Shown: one piece after another, positions 37,190-51,809 of the stretch | Numbering within the stretch: position 1 is the first letter of the stretch | How the letters are laid out: each line of letters opens with the position of its first letter | NCBI RefSeq assembly: GCF_009914755.1 | Contig: NC_060931.1 | DNA: 64,000 nucleotides | Source: the human T2T-CHM13v2.0 reference genome, Homo sapiens | Strand: one strand, 5' to 3' | The notes under the pieces: model-generated | Databases searched by the model: none | Seen by the model: the letters and a program-made list of their open reading frames with translations, nothing else | Told to the model about the DNA's origin: nothing | Made by a program: the position numbers and the translations under genes

Positions 37190-38860
37190 TGTGTTTACAT
37201 TTACCCCTAGGTTTGCATATGCATGTTTGGTTTGTTTATCTATTCATTCATGCATTTGTTTGATATTTATCCTTTTTGATGTTCTCTGAGTTTCTTGGAT
37301 CTGTGGTTTGGTATCTGTCACTAATTTTGGAAAATTCTCAGTCACTTATTTTTCAAATGTTTATTCTTCCTCATCCTTTCCTCTCCCACTGAGATTCTAA
37401 TTATGCATATATTAGAATATTTGATATGGTGTCACAGCTCTTAGATGTTCTATCATTTCCTTCCTCCACTTTTTTTTCTCTTTGCATTCCTATTGACCTA
37501 TCTTCAAACTCATTGATTATTTCTTCTGCTGTGCTGTGTCTGCTGATGAGCTCATGTAAGGCAATTTTTACTTCATTTTTTTTTATTTCTATCATTTCCC
37601 TTTGATTCTTACAGTGTCCAACTCTGCTAAAATTATCTATCTGCTCTTGCATATCATCTGTCTTTTCCATTTGGGTGTTTAAAATATTAATCATAGTTAC
37701 TTAAATCTCCTGTCCAGTTGTTCCAGTATCTGTATCTTCTTTGGGTCCGCCTGATGACTGCTCTGTCTCTTTGGACTGTGCTTTTTCTTACCTTTAGGTA
37801 TGCCTCATAATTTTTGCTGAAAGTTAGACATGTTGTATAAGACAGTAGACATAGAGGTCAGTATTTTTATGCTTGAAATTAAGAACATCTTTCTTACCGT
37901 TAGGTCTTTATTGTAGGGATTTGTGTTAATCTAGTTAGGGTGGGCTGGATTTGAAGTTTGTAATTGCTATAGTTAGCAAAGCTGGAGTTTGTTGCCGCTA
38001 TGGACGCTAGTGATTTCAAATTCCTCTAGTGGTACCTTGTTTTGAACTTGGTTTTGGGTTTTCCTTTTTGCTGCTCCCTAGAAAGAAAATGCCTTGCAAA
38101 ACTCACTCAGTCACATTCCACTGTGATTTTTACCAAAGGCTTGTTAATGTAATGGGGGAAGAGTGACAGGTTTTCTGATGTTCCAATTAAGCCTCAATCT
38201 TAGACAGGTACTGTGAATTTGTTATTTGGGGGCTGTACCCTTCATAAGTGTTCCCTCCTCAAGGAATGTGACTGTTTTTTAACATTTAGGTTTTTTTTTT
38301 TCCTGCCTGTTCTCTTTCACCAGCTTCACTGGATACCCACCAGTGTCCTCAGACAATGGGTTTGATACCGTTCTCCCTGCAGATCATGGCTTTCTTTTCC
38401 TTAGGAGAGATTTCACAACATGGGTGTGAGTAGAGTCCGAGCAATGATTGCTTTTCCTGTCCCCTAGCCAGCACCATAGGGAAAGCTTTCTCTAAATACT
38501 TCCCCAATCTTCCCTGACAGAGTCTGCTCACCTTCACATTTCATACCAGCTCACAATAAGCCTGTAGCAGTTCATTAAAAAAATTTCTGGTTTAATCTTT
38601 GTACCAGCTTATATGGCATTCAAAAGCATCTATCTCAGTCAAGCAGTTCCTATTCCAGAATGCTCAGTTCTTTGTGCTTTCTGCAGGCAACTGTCCTTCT
38701 TGAAATTTTGCGTTGGTTGTCCTCTGACCTCAGTTTTCTGAAGGGTTCAAGAATAGGTGTTATATTGCAGTTTGTCCAGCTATTTTCCTTGTTGTAGGAA
38801 TGAGAGTGCCATCATTCCAGCTCTCTTCATCACCAAATTGACACCTGAAGCCTCCAGAAG
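37190..38860 (-). mobile_element. Ancient L1M 5'/ORF1 region
   Basis: ORF 37401..37694 resembles the L1 ORF1 coiled coil. Confidence 0.65.
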
Positions 38861-38914
38861 CTAAATATATAAAGAATTAAGAGTTCTTTATATATTAGGT
38901 GTATTAGCCCTTTA

Positions 38915-39307
<393 letters not shown>

Positions 39308-39519
39308 TTAAACTCTGCCCGGTTTTGCCTTTCCCATAGAAACCCCAATAAAAGTGATGGTCTAGGCTTTACCCTCAGTCCTGCTTCTGCCTGACCAAAC
39401 TGTCTTTCTCCTGTGGCTCTGTGTGATGTGACTTGTCCTCTTCTCCAAGAAATTATTACTCATAAATTCTTCTTTAGCGGCACTGATCTATCTGTGTCAT
39501 CACTCAGTCAACTGCATAC

Positions 39520-41400
39520 ATTAAGACCTAGGCACAGAACAACTCTGTTTCTATTTCTATAAAATTCTAGAAAATGCAAACTAAACCATAATGACAAAAA
39601 GAATATTAGTGGTTTCCTAGGGATGGGATGTGGGCAAAGAGAGATGAAGGAAGGAGGGATTACCAAGGAGCACAGGGAAACTTTGGGATGAGGGATATGC
39701 TCATTGTCTTGACTGGTGATGGTGTTACAGGTGGGCCAAAACTAATCAAACTTTACACTTCATCTATATGACCAGCTATCATATGTCAATTATACCTCAA
39801 TAAAGCTGTTTAAAAACATTTAGGGTATATCTACTGGAAAGTAAAACTGCTTTTAATTACAGAATATATCATCACGTGCATAGAAAAATCCAAAGGATTC
39901 TACAAAAAAGCTACTAGAACCACTGACTTCATCGAGATGCAGGTACAAAGTTAATATTCAAAATCAACTATATTTCTATTCAAAAGCAACAAAAAATGGA
40001 AAAATAAAAATTTTAAAATAATACCATTTATAATAAAAGAGTACTGGGGAAGACTGTACATTGAAAAAATACGAAACATTGCTGAGACAAATTAAAAATA
40101 ATCAACAAAATGGAGATCTATACCGTGATCGTGGATTGGAAAATTCAATATTGTTAAGATGTCAATTCTTCCCAAATACATGTACAAATCCAACATAATC
40201 CCAATCAAAATCACAGCAGGTTTTTTTTGAGAAATTAATAAGCTGACCCTAATATTTAGATAGAAATGCAATTTTAAAAAGGAAAAAGTTGGAGAACTAT
40301 CTACTTTCAAGATTTATTCTAAAGTTACAGTAATCAAGACAGTGTGGTATTGGCATAATTATAGATCAAGAGAATAACAGAGTCCAGAAACAGATTCACA
40401 TATAATGTGGTCAACCAATTTTCAACGATTGTACCGAGACAATTAATTCAATGGGGGAAAAGACAGTTACCACAATGGAGCATTTTTTGGCATTCCGAAA
40501 ATGTTTTGTAACTCAATTGTGGTCATGGATATATAGCTTCATACATTTGTCAAAACTCAGAGAATGGTACACTCAAAATTGGCACATTTTATTACATGTA
40601 AGTCATACCTCAAAAAAGCTGATTTGGTGACAAAGATTTATATATGTTGTTGCTAGAAGAACAAATCCAAATGTTTATTAAACATGGAAATATATTTATC
40701 CCCATAAATAATAAGGGAGGTACAAATTAAAACAAAAAAGCATATCACAGCCATCATAAGAGTAAAAATCACAGGGTCTGACAACTCAAAATCTAATAAG
40801 GATATGAGAAAATTCTAGACAGCAGTGTGAACTGCCACATTTGCTTCAGACAGCAATTTACCAATATCTGGTAAAGCTGAAAAAGCACACACTGTATAAC
40901 AACAATTCCATTTCTAGGTATATATCCTAGACAAAATATTGCACATATACAGAAGAAAACCATACAAAAATGTACATTTTAGATTACATTGCTTGTAATC
41001 AAAAATTTGGAAATAATATATTAAGATGGGGAAATACATAAACTTTACAATTCATAAAACGGTTAAAATTAAAGAAATATATATATACAGAAAGTTCAAA
41101 AATGCAATTTTGAAGAAAAAAATCCTACAGTGACACATTCAGTATGAGATCATTTATGTGGACTTAAAAGCATATAATAAAACAATCTCTGAAAACAGAG
41201 ATTGGATGGATACACACACCAAATTTTAATAAAGGTATAAGTTGGACTAGGAGCAGAACAAAGGTGATTTTAACTGTATTTATAATATTTTAATTATTTT
41301 AAAATAGCTGATGCAAAAATGACAAAGATTAGCATTTATTTATTTTAAATGGTTGATCACACATATTTGAATATTATTTTCTAAGTCTGTAGCTTTAAGC
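39520..41400 (+). mobile_element. Ancient L1ME fragments
   Basis: Degenerate ORF2 and L1M 3'-end motifs. Confidence 0.6.
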
Positions 41401-42089
41401 ATTTCAAAATCTAAAGAATAATAATTTTTAAAAGCTATAAAAATATGAATAAAGGACTAGAAAGCAGTAACTTTTCATTAATATGCTGGATTCTGAGACA
41501 ACTTTAAACTCAACAGTAGTATTTACTATGGTGTCAAATTTAGCATTTATCTTGAGTTCACAAACTGAGTTCACTAATTTTGTCTCCGTTTTTCAAATTT
41601 CTAGCATTTATAGACTACTATAACAACCATACTCTTTTAGGCTAAGTGTTGGAAAATAGTAATAGATTTCTGGCTGTGTGACTAAATAAATCTTACTTTA
41701 CTAACGTAACTCCAAGATCACTATTCAAGCTCATCACTCTCACTGTCCCTTCACGTGGTCATCGTGCTCACCCATGAGGTGTCCAAAGCCAAAAGCCCAT
41801 CCCTATTTAGAACTTTTTGGCTCCCATGACTCTCTTTTCCATTTGGCTTGTCTATTACCCTGGCCATTATTTACACACTAAGTTTCATTCTTTGAGTTCA
41901 TGAGAGAACAGTTTCTGGGGTCTTTAAATTTTAAGAGAGGAACTTATGATACTCTACTCAACTATAAGGATACATACAATTAGTAAACCTGAAACGTCCC
42001 CTCCCTTTCTTAACAAGATTGTGCTTACTATTTTTATCTGACAAAGAGGATCACTCTACAAATATTATTTGTCTCAAATTATGACTCAC

Positions 42090-42227
42090 CTCTGGATAAA
42101 GATGGAAGCGTTTTACTGTATTAATTACAAGAGGATATTCAGTAAGCCTGTCATTCATAATCATCCACAGTCCTTCCAAAAATGAAGGTGCTTCAATGAT
42201 GGTCTTGAAGTAGGAATAATAAAGTCC
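42090..42227 (-). pseudogene. DPY19L2P1: Exon 4 ([16 protein letters not shown]...FHLYPE)
   Basis: aag|...|gtgagt; 138 nt; visible in ORF track 42051..42260. Confidence 0.93.
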
Positions 42228-44486
42228 CTTTTTAAAAAAAAAAAAGGCACATATTGTCAATGGAATTAAAACTTTAAAATATTTATTTTTATCACTTCTT
42301 TAGAACTTTTTTTCTGAAAAAAAAAGTTAATAATAAGACTTCTTAATCACTCCTCGCTATTTTGCATTCTTGGACTTTAAAGAACACGTATTTTCAGGTG
42401 ATCACTGTACTATTCTTTCAAATTTTCTATAGGCTTTCAAACTAAAGAGTTGGAGGGATGGTCAAACAATTTAAAGAGTTTCTCTAATAATGTCTTAAAA
42501 TGTGTAGACAGTATATGTTTGATTTTCCCAAATCTGGTTTTATCCCCCACATTTGAGATGCTTGAAGGTTGATATCTGATTAATTCTATCATAAACAGGG
42601 ATGCCTTCATGCCTCTGTACAACTTTGCATATAGAAAATTACTTTTTTTCCCATGCTCTTAGGAAATAAAATATAATGACCATAAGCATCACGAGCAAGG
42701 AATCCAGTGCTTCTAGCTTAATTCATAGCTCCATCTAATCCTCTGTGCAAAGTGAAAGCTCAATGTCAATTGACTATTGTTGCTCACAAATGCTATGTAC
42801 TAAAAAGCAGCTTATTTTAGTGTCTTATACTTCAGCATATAAAATAAAGGCTTCATTGGGATAGTAAAAGTGCTGTTGAGTTAAAATTCATGGATTAACA
42901 ACAGCATGTTGTGTCTTATTTCCCCAACAATTTCTTGCTTTCACTCCTAAAATCTAAAAGCAAAAAAGGGCCACATTGTTTAAAATGCATTCTCCCTAAA
43001 AAATGCTATATGCTATAATCATATCTGCCTCATCCAACACGAGTAACTACTAAATTACAGGTCTGTTTTAGCTGATGTCTGAAAGGCCATTACCTCATAG
43101 TTGATTGGCAAAATATGAATTCATAAAGAATTTTCCTTTCTGCTTAGGAGGATAACAAAGCAATACAACAATTAAAGGATATCTAATATGCAAAAGACTA
43201 TATTTAGGGAAATATTAAATATATAAATAAGTTACTAATAACAGCTATTGTTTTGTGTTAAGTATTCTGCTATGTGTTGCCATTCATTATCTCCCTTCAT
43301 TTTCCCTAAACCCCTCTAAGGTTGGCATTATTTCTATTGAGCAGACGAGATTACTGAGAATCTGAGAGGTGACCTGACTAGCCATCATACAATAAAGCAC
43401 AGAACTGCTATTAGAATCCAGCGATCTGTCACCAAAGTCCAGACTCTGCCACAGTTACGCTCTTTATTTAATAATATTTTATATTCTGTCTTTGGAAATA
43501 CCTTTAAAATGTTCAAATGTCATACATATGTTAATGTATCCAATGCTTTGAAACTTTATAGGGGCAATATAGGGATGAAAATTAAAAAGCAGTGACTGAG
43601 GGGCCTGGCATAGGCAAAATCATAGAGACAGAAAATAGAGCTGGGTGTGATTAGTGTTTAGTGGGTAGAGTTTCTGTTTGGGATAGCAAAAAGTTCCGGA
43701 TGTGGACAGTGGTAATAGTTGCAAGACAACATAAATGTACTTAATCTCACTGAATTGTATGCTTAAAGGATAAACATTGAAATTTTTTATTACAAATTTA
43801 AATCTAAGTTTTACCATAATTTAAACAAAAAGCAATGGCTAGACTGAGGAGAGCCAGTTTCAATGCTTCACTAGGCGCCCGACCAGCTGTGAGCAGATCT
43901 GGAAGATGGACGGTTGTGGTGTCTTCTAAATGTAAAATTGCGCAATTTTGGCATTTGCTATCCCACTTACTCCTCACAATAATTATGTGAGATATGTACG
44001 GCAGAAAACTCCATTTTAAAGATTAAGTATTGAAAAACAGAAAATTATTTAAAAATTATATCAAAAGTTATCTCTTAGAAGAGATTATCTTGAAATCAAA
44101 AGAGAGCCAAATAATAATCGTCATCATTAAAAGGCCCAGGTAAAACATGGGATCTCCTAACTGTAGCCAAAGAGAAAGCAATTTCTGATAACATCTCATT
44201 TCATTCCCCTTTATCACTTCTTCAGTGCTTTCTTTGTCCTCCTTCCTCAGCTATTATAATTCATCTTTATTATCTTAAAAAGAAGTCTGCATTAGGAAAG
44301 GGTGAGAGATAATGAAGTAAAAGAAAAATAATCTCAAACACTTTACTATTTAAATAATAAACCTGGGTTATAGCTTATGAAACAGTGCAATTCACCAAAA
44401 GTTCATTTCAATTCCTAATACATTTCTACCTCATAGTCTCGCTATTCTTAAACCACAAATTAATTCGTTAGAAGAAGAAATCTAAC

Positions 44487-44574
44487 CATTTTAGTGCGAA
44501 AAGTCATCTCCCATTCCAAAGATGAGAGGTGAGAGAAATGACGATCATTTTCAAAAAGTGTTACTAAATGTAAC
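44487..44574 (-). pseudogene. DPY19L2P1: Exon 3 ([29 protein letters not shown])
   Basis: ttctag|...|gttaga; 88 nt; DPY19-family motif. Confidence 0.92.
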
Positions 44575-44786
44575 CTAGAAAAAAATTAAGTATCATATTA
44601 CAATAAGAACAAGTTTCAAAACTAACAGTAAAATAAGCAATAAGAAAGCCATAAAAAAGAAAACAATAAATTATTATAATATTAATTTTATAATTTGCCT
44701 ACTAACTTGTATGTTTTTAGGCATTTATAATCCAGTATGGCACACACCTGAAACTCCTTAACTCAGTGGTTTTTAAGCTTAATTGT

Positions 44787-45099
<313 letters not shown>

Positions 45100-45919
45100 C
45101 ACCTTAATTGTATATCTAAAATTCTTGTGGCTTTTTTCACCCTTCCTTCCATCCCAGGCCTCTAAATCAGAACAGAGGCAGGTTAGTGTTTGTTTTTTAA
45201 GTTTCAAGTGATTCTAATGTACCAGCCTTGGGAAATACCTCCGTAACTGTTGAAAAGGGTTCAGAATATAATTTTAAATAAAATTACCTTAGATCAAAGC
45301 AGACTTACAATAAGTATAATATCACATAAGGGATCAACTTTCAAGTGCCAAAGAATACAGGTGTGTACTTGAAGACCTTTTAGTAGTGAAACTCAACAGC
45401 TGTCGGCAGTGAAGAAAGGAGCATATGTGATAAACAAAATTAGCTGTGGCCAACAATTATGCTATAGCTAACTTATGTAGTCAGTACTTTCCAGTGAAGT
45501 TGAAAATAAAGCAAAGTTCCATATATTAACCCTGTTTTCCACTAACCCTTCTTTACATGTAGGCTATATGCCAGGTTACCAAAAACTGCAGGAATATTCC
45601 CTACCATTGCAGCCTCAGTTCTAACATCAAAAGCTCCCTGCAGACTAAATGTCTAGAGCAGCACTGTGTCAACAGAACATAGGAGCAGATCTCATACCTT
45701 CCAAGGGTAGAAATCACTGAGCACAGGTAAAAAGAAAATATTCCAGAAGGAAGTATTATTTTACAAATTTTTATAAACATTTTTGTAAAATAATGTACAC
45801 AGACTTGCACACTGAAAGACTCAGAGCCATTTAACCATATAACCACTGCAGAATCTTTATCTTCTTTTTTACCTGATTTCCAATTGGCAGGTGTTACTAA
45901 AACTTTATCACCAAAGTTA

Positions 45920-46226
<307 letters not shown>

Positions 46227-46572
46227 TTATTTCACTAGCAACATATAATTACCATAAAATAAAGGAAGGTTTTAAATGAACTACACATGCAAAATACACT
46301 AGAGAAGCCAGATATTTAAAGAAACGTGTGGTGAATTATTTGGTAAAGCAAAAATATTTTAATTCGTAAGTTACTATTCCCCTAATGCATCTATTTTGTA
46401 AATGCTGTTTCACATATGAGGTTTGTAAAAAAGCAAAATACATGTATAAATTGGTGCACATAAAGATGTTCTACAAATATAGCCAGAAGTTATTGTTTTA
46501 CTGTATGCAAAGAGTGATGGCGATTTTTAATTCAAAAGTTTTTAAATATTTCAAACTGAAACTAAATCTTAC

Positions 46573-46597
46573 CAATGTAGAATTGCCACAAAGATGG
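46573..46597 (-). pseudogene. DPY19L2P1: Exon 2 (25-nt microexon, AIFVAILHW)
   Basis: polypyrimidine...cag|CCATCTTTGTGGCAATTCTACATTG|gtaaga. Confidence 0.9.
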
Positions 46598-48739
46598 CTG
46601 GAATAAAAAAAAAAGGAAAGTTATTAATAGCTGCTTTATTATAAAATACCATTAAAACAAGTATTTCAAATGTATTATTTTACATGTCTAGAAAGATAGC
46701 ACACAAAGCAAGACAGCCAGCTAATCCTGTCTCTATGAGCATAGGAAAAAATCCAGGACACAAAGCAAATTCTGAACAGAGCTTACCTCTCTGCAGCAGG
46801 GCTCGACAAGTAAAGGGAGAAACTTGAGAGGGTTTTTTTACTTCAGGTAATTGGTAAGAGTGATGGAATTATGGAAGATTGTGACCTTTTTTGTTTTTTT
46901 TTCAGTATTATTTTCTATTCCTTTATAAGAAATTTTTAAAAGAAGTAAGTATATACAGTATGCTTCAGCTAGTTCTAACCAAGAGGAGCCACTCTAGATC
47001 AGTTTCTCTACCATTCATCAGAAGATGATTAAACGCAGGAAATCACTTCCTCAGCAGCACATCTAAAAGCCCCAATGTGCAGCTCAACCCTTGATGAATT
47101 GCAAGCTCTTTGCAAGAGCCCAGACCTAGAAGCTACTAGATGGCCTAGGAGACTAGTCTGGAGTCACGTGGGCCAACGCCCCATGTATACATAAGACTTC
47201 ACCTGGGAGCTGGGAGACACTGCTCTGGGTATGGAGCTTTTACAGGAGCTGCAAACGCAGCCTGTGCCCCTGTTTGGTTGGGGAATTGCTTGTTTTCAAT
47301 TCCCCTGGAGAGAGAAGAGTGGGGAATAGAACAAGTTAAAACACCACAAACTCTGCTGTTCTTATAGAGGTTCAGCAGCTTTTCTTGAATTAATGCCCTT
47401 TAGATTGTTGTAAACCTTTGGTTAATTTCCAAAGTTTGAAGAAAATGATTTTGATAATTTTCCAAGTATTTTCATTGTCGTCATGGAGGAGTGCATTTTC
47501 TTGGCTATTCCAGAAGTCCTACCTCCCTTCTGAGATTTTATAATAGTATTTCTTATGGTTATCCCAAATATACTTGGCAAGTCATCTTATAAACCACCAA
47601 TAATAGCCTCTTAAAAATTCAAAAATTACTTCACTTGGCTAACAAAATAAATGCAAATTAATTCAATAATTATTGAAGAAATTAAATTTTTAAAAATTAA
47701 AAAATTGCAATGTTGAAATTCTCAACCATGCTTACCCAGATCTTTTCCTATATTACTAACTGTCCTGGGCTTATCTTAAACACTTCCCGGAAGATTTACT
47801 TGTTTTATACCAGGATAAGCAAAGTATGGCCCATGGTGTATTTTTGGACTGTCTGCAAGCACGGTTGCTATAATTTTTAAAAGGTTGAAAACTTTAAATG
47901 GTTGTAAAGATGCTCATAACTGTTTATTAGGCTTCATTAATTTTAAAATATACAGAGACTATCCTGTTCAACTATATTTGTATCCTATTTCTAATTCTCC
48001 TAACAATTATATACACTGAAAAAACTCTTCAGATGATATATAAGGAAAAGGTCAAATATAGTACCAAATTCATCTAGCTTTCCAAAGATGCTCAAAATCT
48101 TTCTGTGTCTCTCACTCCCTCCCTTAACCCACATACCACATCTGAAAAAAATGATATGGTGTAACGATGCCAGTATTCTAAATGCTTGAAGGGCTTATCA
48201 CATGCCCTTTCCAAGCTGTGACAGAAGCATGTCCCCCGGACCCCGGCATCCTATCAATCTCACCTCTGAAGGTGACCCAGCCTCATACTTCACTGAAACA
48301 AAGACCATTAGACGCCAGCACTCCCAACTTCTTTTATCTCCACTTTAACATTTCTCCATATAGTAATTCTCGCTTTTCTACTCCCTGCCATCTCAGAAAA
48401 GGAAGTCTCTCTCCTCTTTTCCACAGTTAGCTTATCAAATTTGTGCCCTTAACTCTACCCCTCCAAATATTCCAAGACTTGCTCCACTAATTATTTCCTC
48501 TCTTGGAATCTTAATCTCATCCTCTTCCCTTGATCCTTGCCCCCAGCCTTTAAAACTCCTAGACCTTAAAACACTCTCTGCGATCTGACAGCCCTTCAAA
48601 CCAATATACTCCCTATCTCTCTCTCTCCTCTGGTTCAATGACAAGATTTTTGGCCAACTTCTTTCTACTCAGACCTTGCTATTATTTCCTACTAGGCACC
48701 CACAAACCCTTGCTTGTTAAACTGATCTCCTTCAAGACT

Positions 48740-50260
48740 CAAGAAAAGCGCCATGCGGCTCCCTCCTAGGGCTCTCCTGCCCTCTCCTTACCGATGCTGA
48801 GAGTGGTTCTGCTGGGGAACCACCGCGCCTGCAGTTCGTGCACCTCTTCCCGGAGCTGCGCCAGGGAATTACGGACGAACTGGAAGGGGTCGAGAAGGGT
48901 CTTGGCCACCACCTTTAGCTCCAAGCCTTTTCGCTTTTTCAGATTTGGGATCCTCCCCGGGGAGGACCTCCTGGCGCCCCCTGGCAGTTTCCCGCCGCCT
49001 AGGGCCGACTTTTCCACCTCCAGCTCCCGGGCGGGGGAGGCCCCGTACGGCCGCTTAGACGGGCTGGGGCGGGAAGATTGCAGCGGCTTTGGGTTTACTC
49101 CTTGTTTCTTCATAATCCCTAGTGGAGCTGGGTCAATTTCAGGCACAGCCCATCCGAGTCAGGCGAGGTCCAGAAAGGCCTGACTCGCCTGGCAGCCTCA
49201 ACGGACTTGTCCCCGCAGCCGTTGACTAGCCGTTGACGAGCGGACCTCCCGGTCGTCATGGCGACTGTGAAATGTAGGGTGGAGCGCATGCGTTCGAAGC
49301 CATTCGCGCGGGCAGTCCCTGCGTGTCCCCCTGCGTGTCCCCCCACGTGCTCCCCAGCGCGCGCAGCACCCCGCCTCTGCGCTTCCCCGAGCGTGCAGCT
49401 TCCGGTGAGGGCAGCCCCACGCACAGCCCCCAACACCCTCCCCAGCGCCTGCAGCCTTCGGTGCGCGCAGTCCCCAAGCCCACATGCGCAGTTCTCACCT
49501 TGCGCGCAGCCCCACGTACAGCCCCCAACACGCTCCCAGCCCCACTGGCGCAGAACCCATCACCGCTTGCCCTTCACGCGCTTCATTGGGAGTGCAGCTC
49601 CCACCCCGAGCGCGCAGCTCCACGCAGCCTCTCCACACTCTCCCCAGCGCTTGCAGCACCCCCCAGTGCGCACAGCTCTGCCAGTAGCTTCCCGGCGCGC
49701 CGCCCCTGCACCGCTTCGGGCCATAACCTTGCTGGCGACTAAGTCTGAAGAACTTCCTGTGGTTTCATTCTTTTCTTCAGGTTTAGTCTTAGCTCTGACA
49801 TTTTAACCAAAAGGTTACACGTTAATTAACGAGGTATTAAAGGGGAAGATCTCAGCTGAAAGAAATGACTGTAGGAAGTGTGTCAGGGAAGCCAACGGAA
49901 CCGCTGGCCCGCCGGTGGTGCGCCCGGCATTAGGAAAGTCTCTACGATCGCTGAGGTATCGGGCAGTCAGTGCCCGTTGCCAACGCGGAGGGAACGGGCG
50001 GAGACTGCGGGCAACACGTGGCAGAGCCGGCGTGAGTCCGGTGGGTCTGATCCCAGAGCCTCAGGTTGACGCCACTTCCTTGGCACGGAACAGCGTTTAC
50101 TGAATCTTAGAGCAAAATGCTTTTCCAATGAGGTTCCTCAGAAGTCATCGGCCCTAGGAGCGGTGTGCTCAAGCGCTTTCAGCACCAGCCAGGACCAACT
50201 AAGAGGGGAGCGCTTACCTCCCAGTCACCGCGCAGCCCTACAAGAGGCCAAAGCGGCTGG
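48740..50260. promoter_or_regulatory. CpG-island promoter of the pseudogene
   Basis: Only GC- and CpG-dense stretch outside repeats; spans exon 1 and upstream; MYB, RFX and NRF1-like motifs at 49199-49292. Confidence 0.85.
48792..49113 (-). pseudogene. DPY19L2P1: Exon 1 coding part (MKKQGVNP...RTTLSI)
   Basis: ATG at 49113; donor ATCG|gtaagg; 322 nt, phase 1. Confidence 0.92.
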
Positions 50261-51767
50261 CACAGATGCACTGGGGCCACTGACATTTTCCATGTCCTCT
50301 GTCACGGGCCACATGCTGGAGCCCACACCGCTTCACTTGCCATCTGTTTGATGATGGATCACATTGAACTCCCATATCCTAACTCACCAGTCTAAAGCAT
50401 GGCTCATTGTGGCCAGGTTAATTTTTCCTGATGCAACACAGCACAAAAATGTTCGTGGCCCACAAATCAAGTCCTAGGCTTGCTCACCAATGCCTTCAAT
50501 ATTTGCCCAATATACCTTTTCAACTTTAATTTCCCACTTCCTCGGGCACAAAATCTTCCATCTCAGTCATTTCAGGTGAAGTCCACAGCCTGAGACATCA
50601 TAACTGCTGAATTCCTTTATTCATGTGGAAAAGCCATCCCTTGGCTTTTACATCCTTTTCTCCCTGCCCATCTGAAAGCTGTCACCTTCCAAGCCCCAGC
50701 CCATTTCTCCAGCCCATATTAATTATGCTTTTTCTGAAGGTCTAGAGCACTTAACCGACAGTACTATTTATCTTGTCACTCAGTTAAATTCAGTAAGTGC
50801 TACTACTGCTCATTTTTTGTTTTGGGAGATTTTTTTCAAGGAGCATTTCTACATTCCTGGCATTGTGTTTGGTGCTCAAAATGTTTTCTCAATTCATGCA
50901 ATAACTGTATGCAAATTTTAAATCAAGCATCAGGATGTAGTTATTTGCCCAAGTTTTAACAGCTAATAAATTCTATCTGTCCAATACTGCATTTAAAATA
51001 CAAAGTATTTACTGTGGTTGATGAGAATATATTCTTGAATGGCTAGGCAAACTCAAAATAAAGCACCTTATTTTAAAATATGACTGTTTTAATGTTTTTT
51101 GGAACAATAAGTGAAGTGGAGCTATTGTTTTTCTTTTTGGTCAGTTTGTTTTTTCTGGAGTTTCCAATTGCCTTTTGCATCACTTGGTGTCCTGGTGGGA
51201 TACAAAATGCTCTTACCCATGGTCTAGCCCATGAAAGTACAAATCTGGTCATTTTTATCATTTAAAAAATTAATCTTTTTATAAGAATGTTCATTGTGCT
51301 ATTATTTATATCGTTAAAAAATAGAAGTGGCCTCAGTATCAAACACTAAGTTATGAAACATTCATATAGTGAAGCATTACAGCCACCAAAGTCATTTTGC
51401 ATGGATATTTAATGATATAGGAAAATAGTCATGATATAATGTTAAAGGAAAAAAGAAGCAGGATATATTTTATGATTCATATGTTTAGTAAACACACAAA
51501 ATTAACTGTGTGCCATGTGCTGCTCTAAATCTTTTACACAGGGGACTCATATAGGAAGATTACCAATGTATGACCTTGAGCTGGTAATTTAGCCACTCTA
51601 GGATTAATTTCCTCATCTGAAAAATGAAGACAGTTATATTTGTCTTACTGATGGTATGATTGAATGAATTAATGCTTGTAAAGCATCAAAAACACACCAC
51701 ATGCTTAAACAAATGTTCCTTTATTATGTTCTAGACCGGCCATCCTATAGTGCACTCGTGAGTATTT

Positions 51768-51809
51768 TTAGGTTGGTGCAAAAGTAATTGCTATTTTTGC
51801 CAATACTTC
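51768..51809 (+). mobile_element. Half MADE1 (Hsmar1 mariner MITE)
   Basis: ttaggttggtgcaaaagtaattgc matches the Hsmar1 TIR. Confidence 0.85.

Noticed and set aside
49119-50395. Overlapping 60-180 aa ORFs as novel genes
   Set aside because: Expected in GC-rich, repetitive CpG-island sequence; no recognisable domain.
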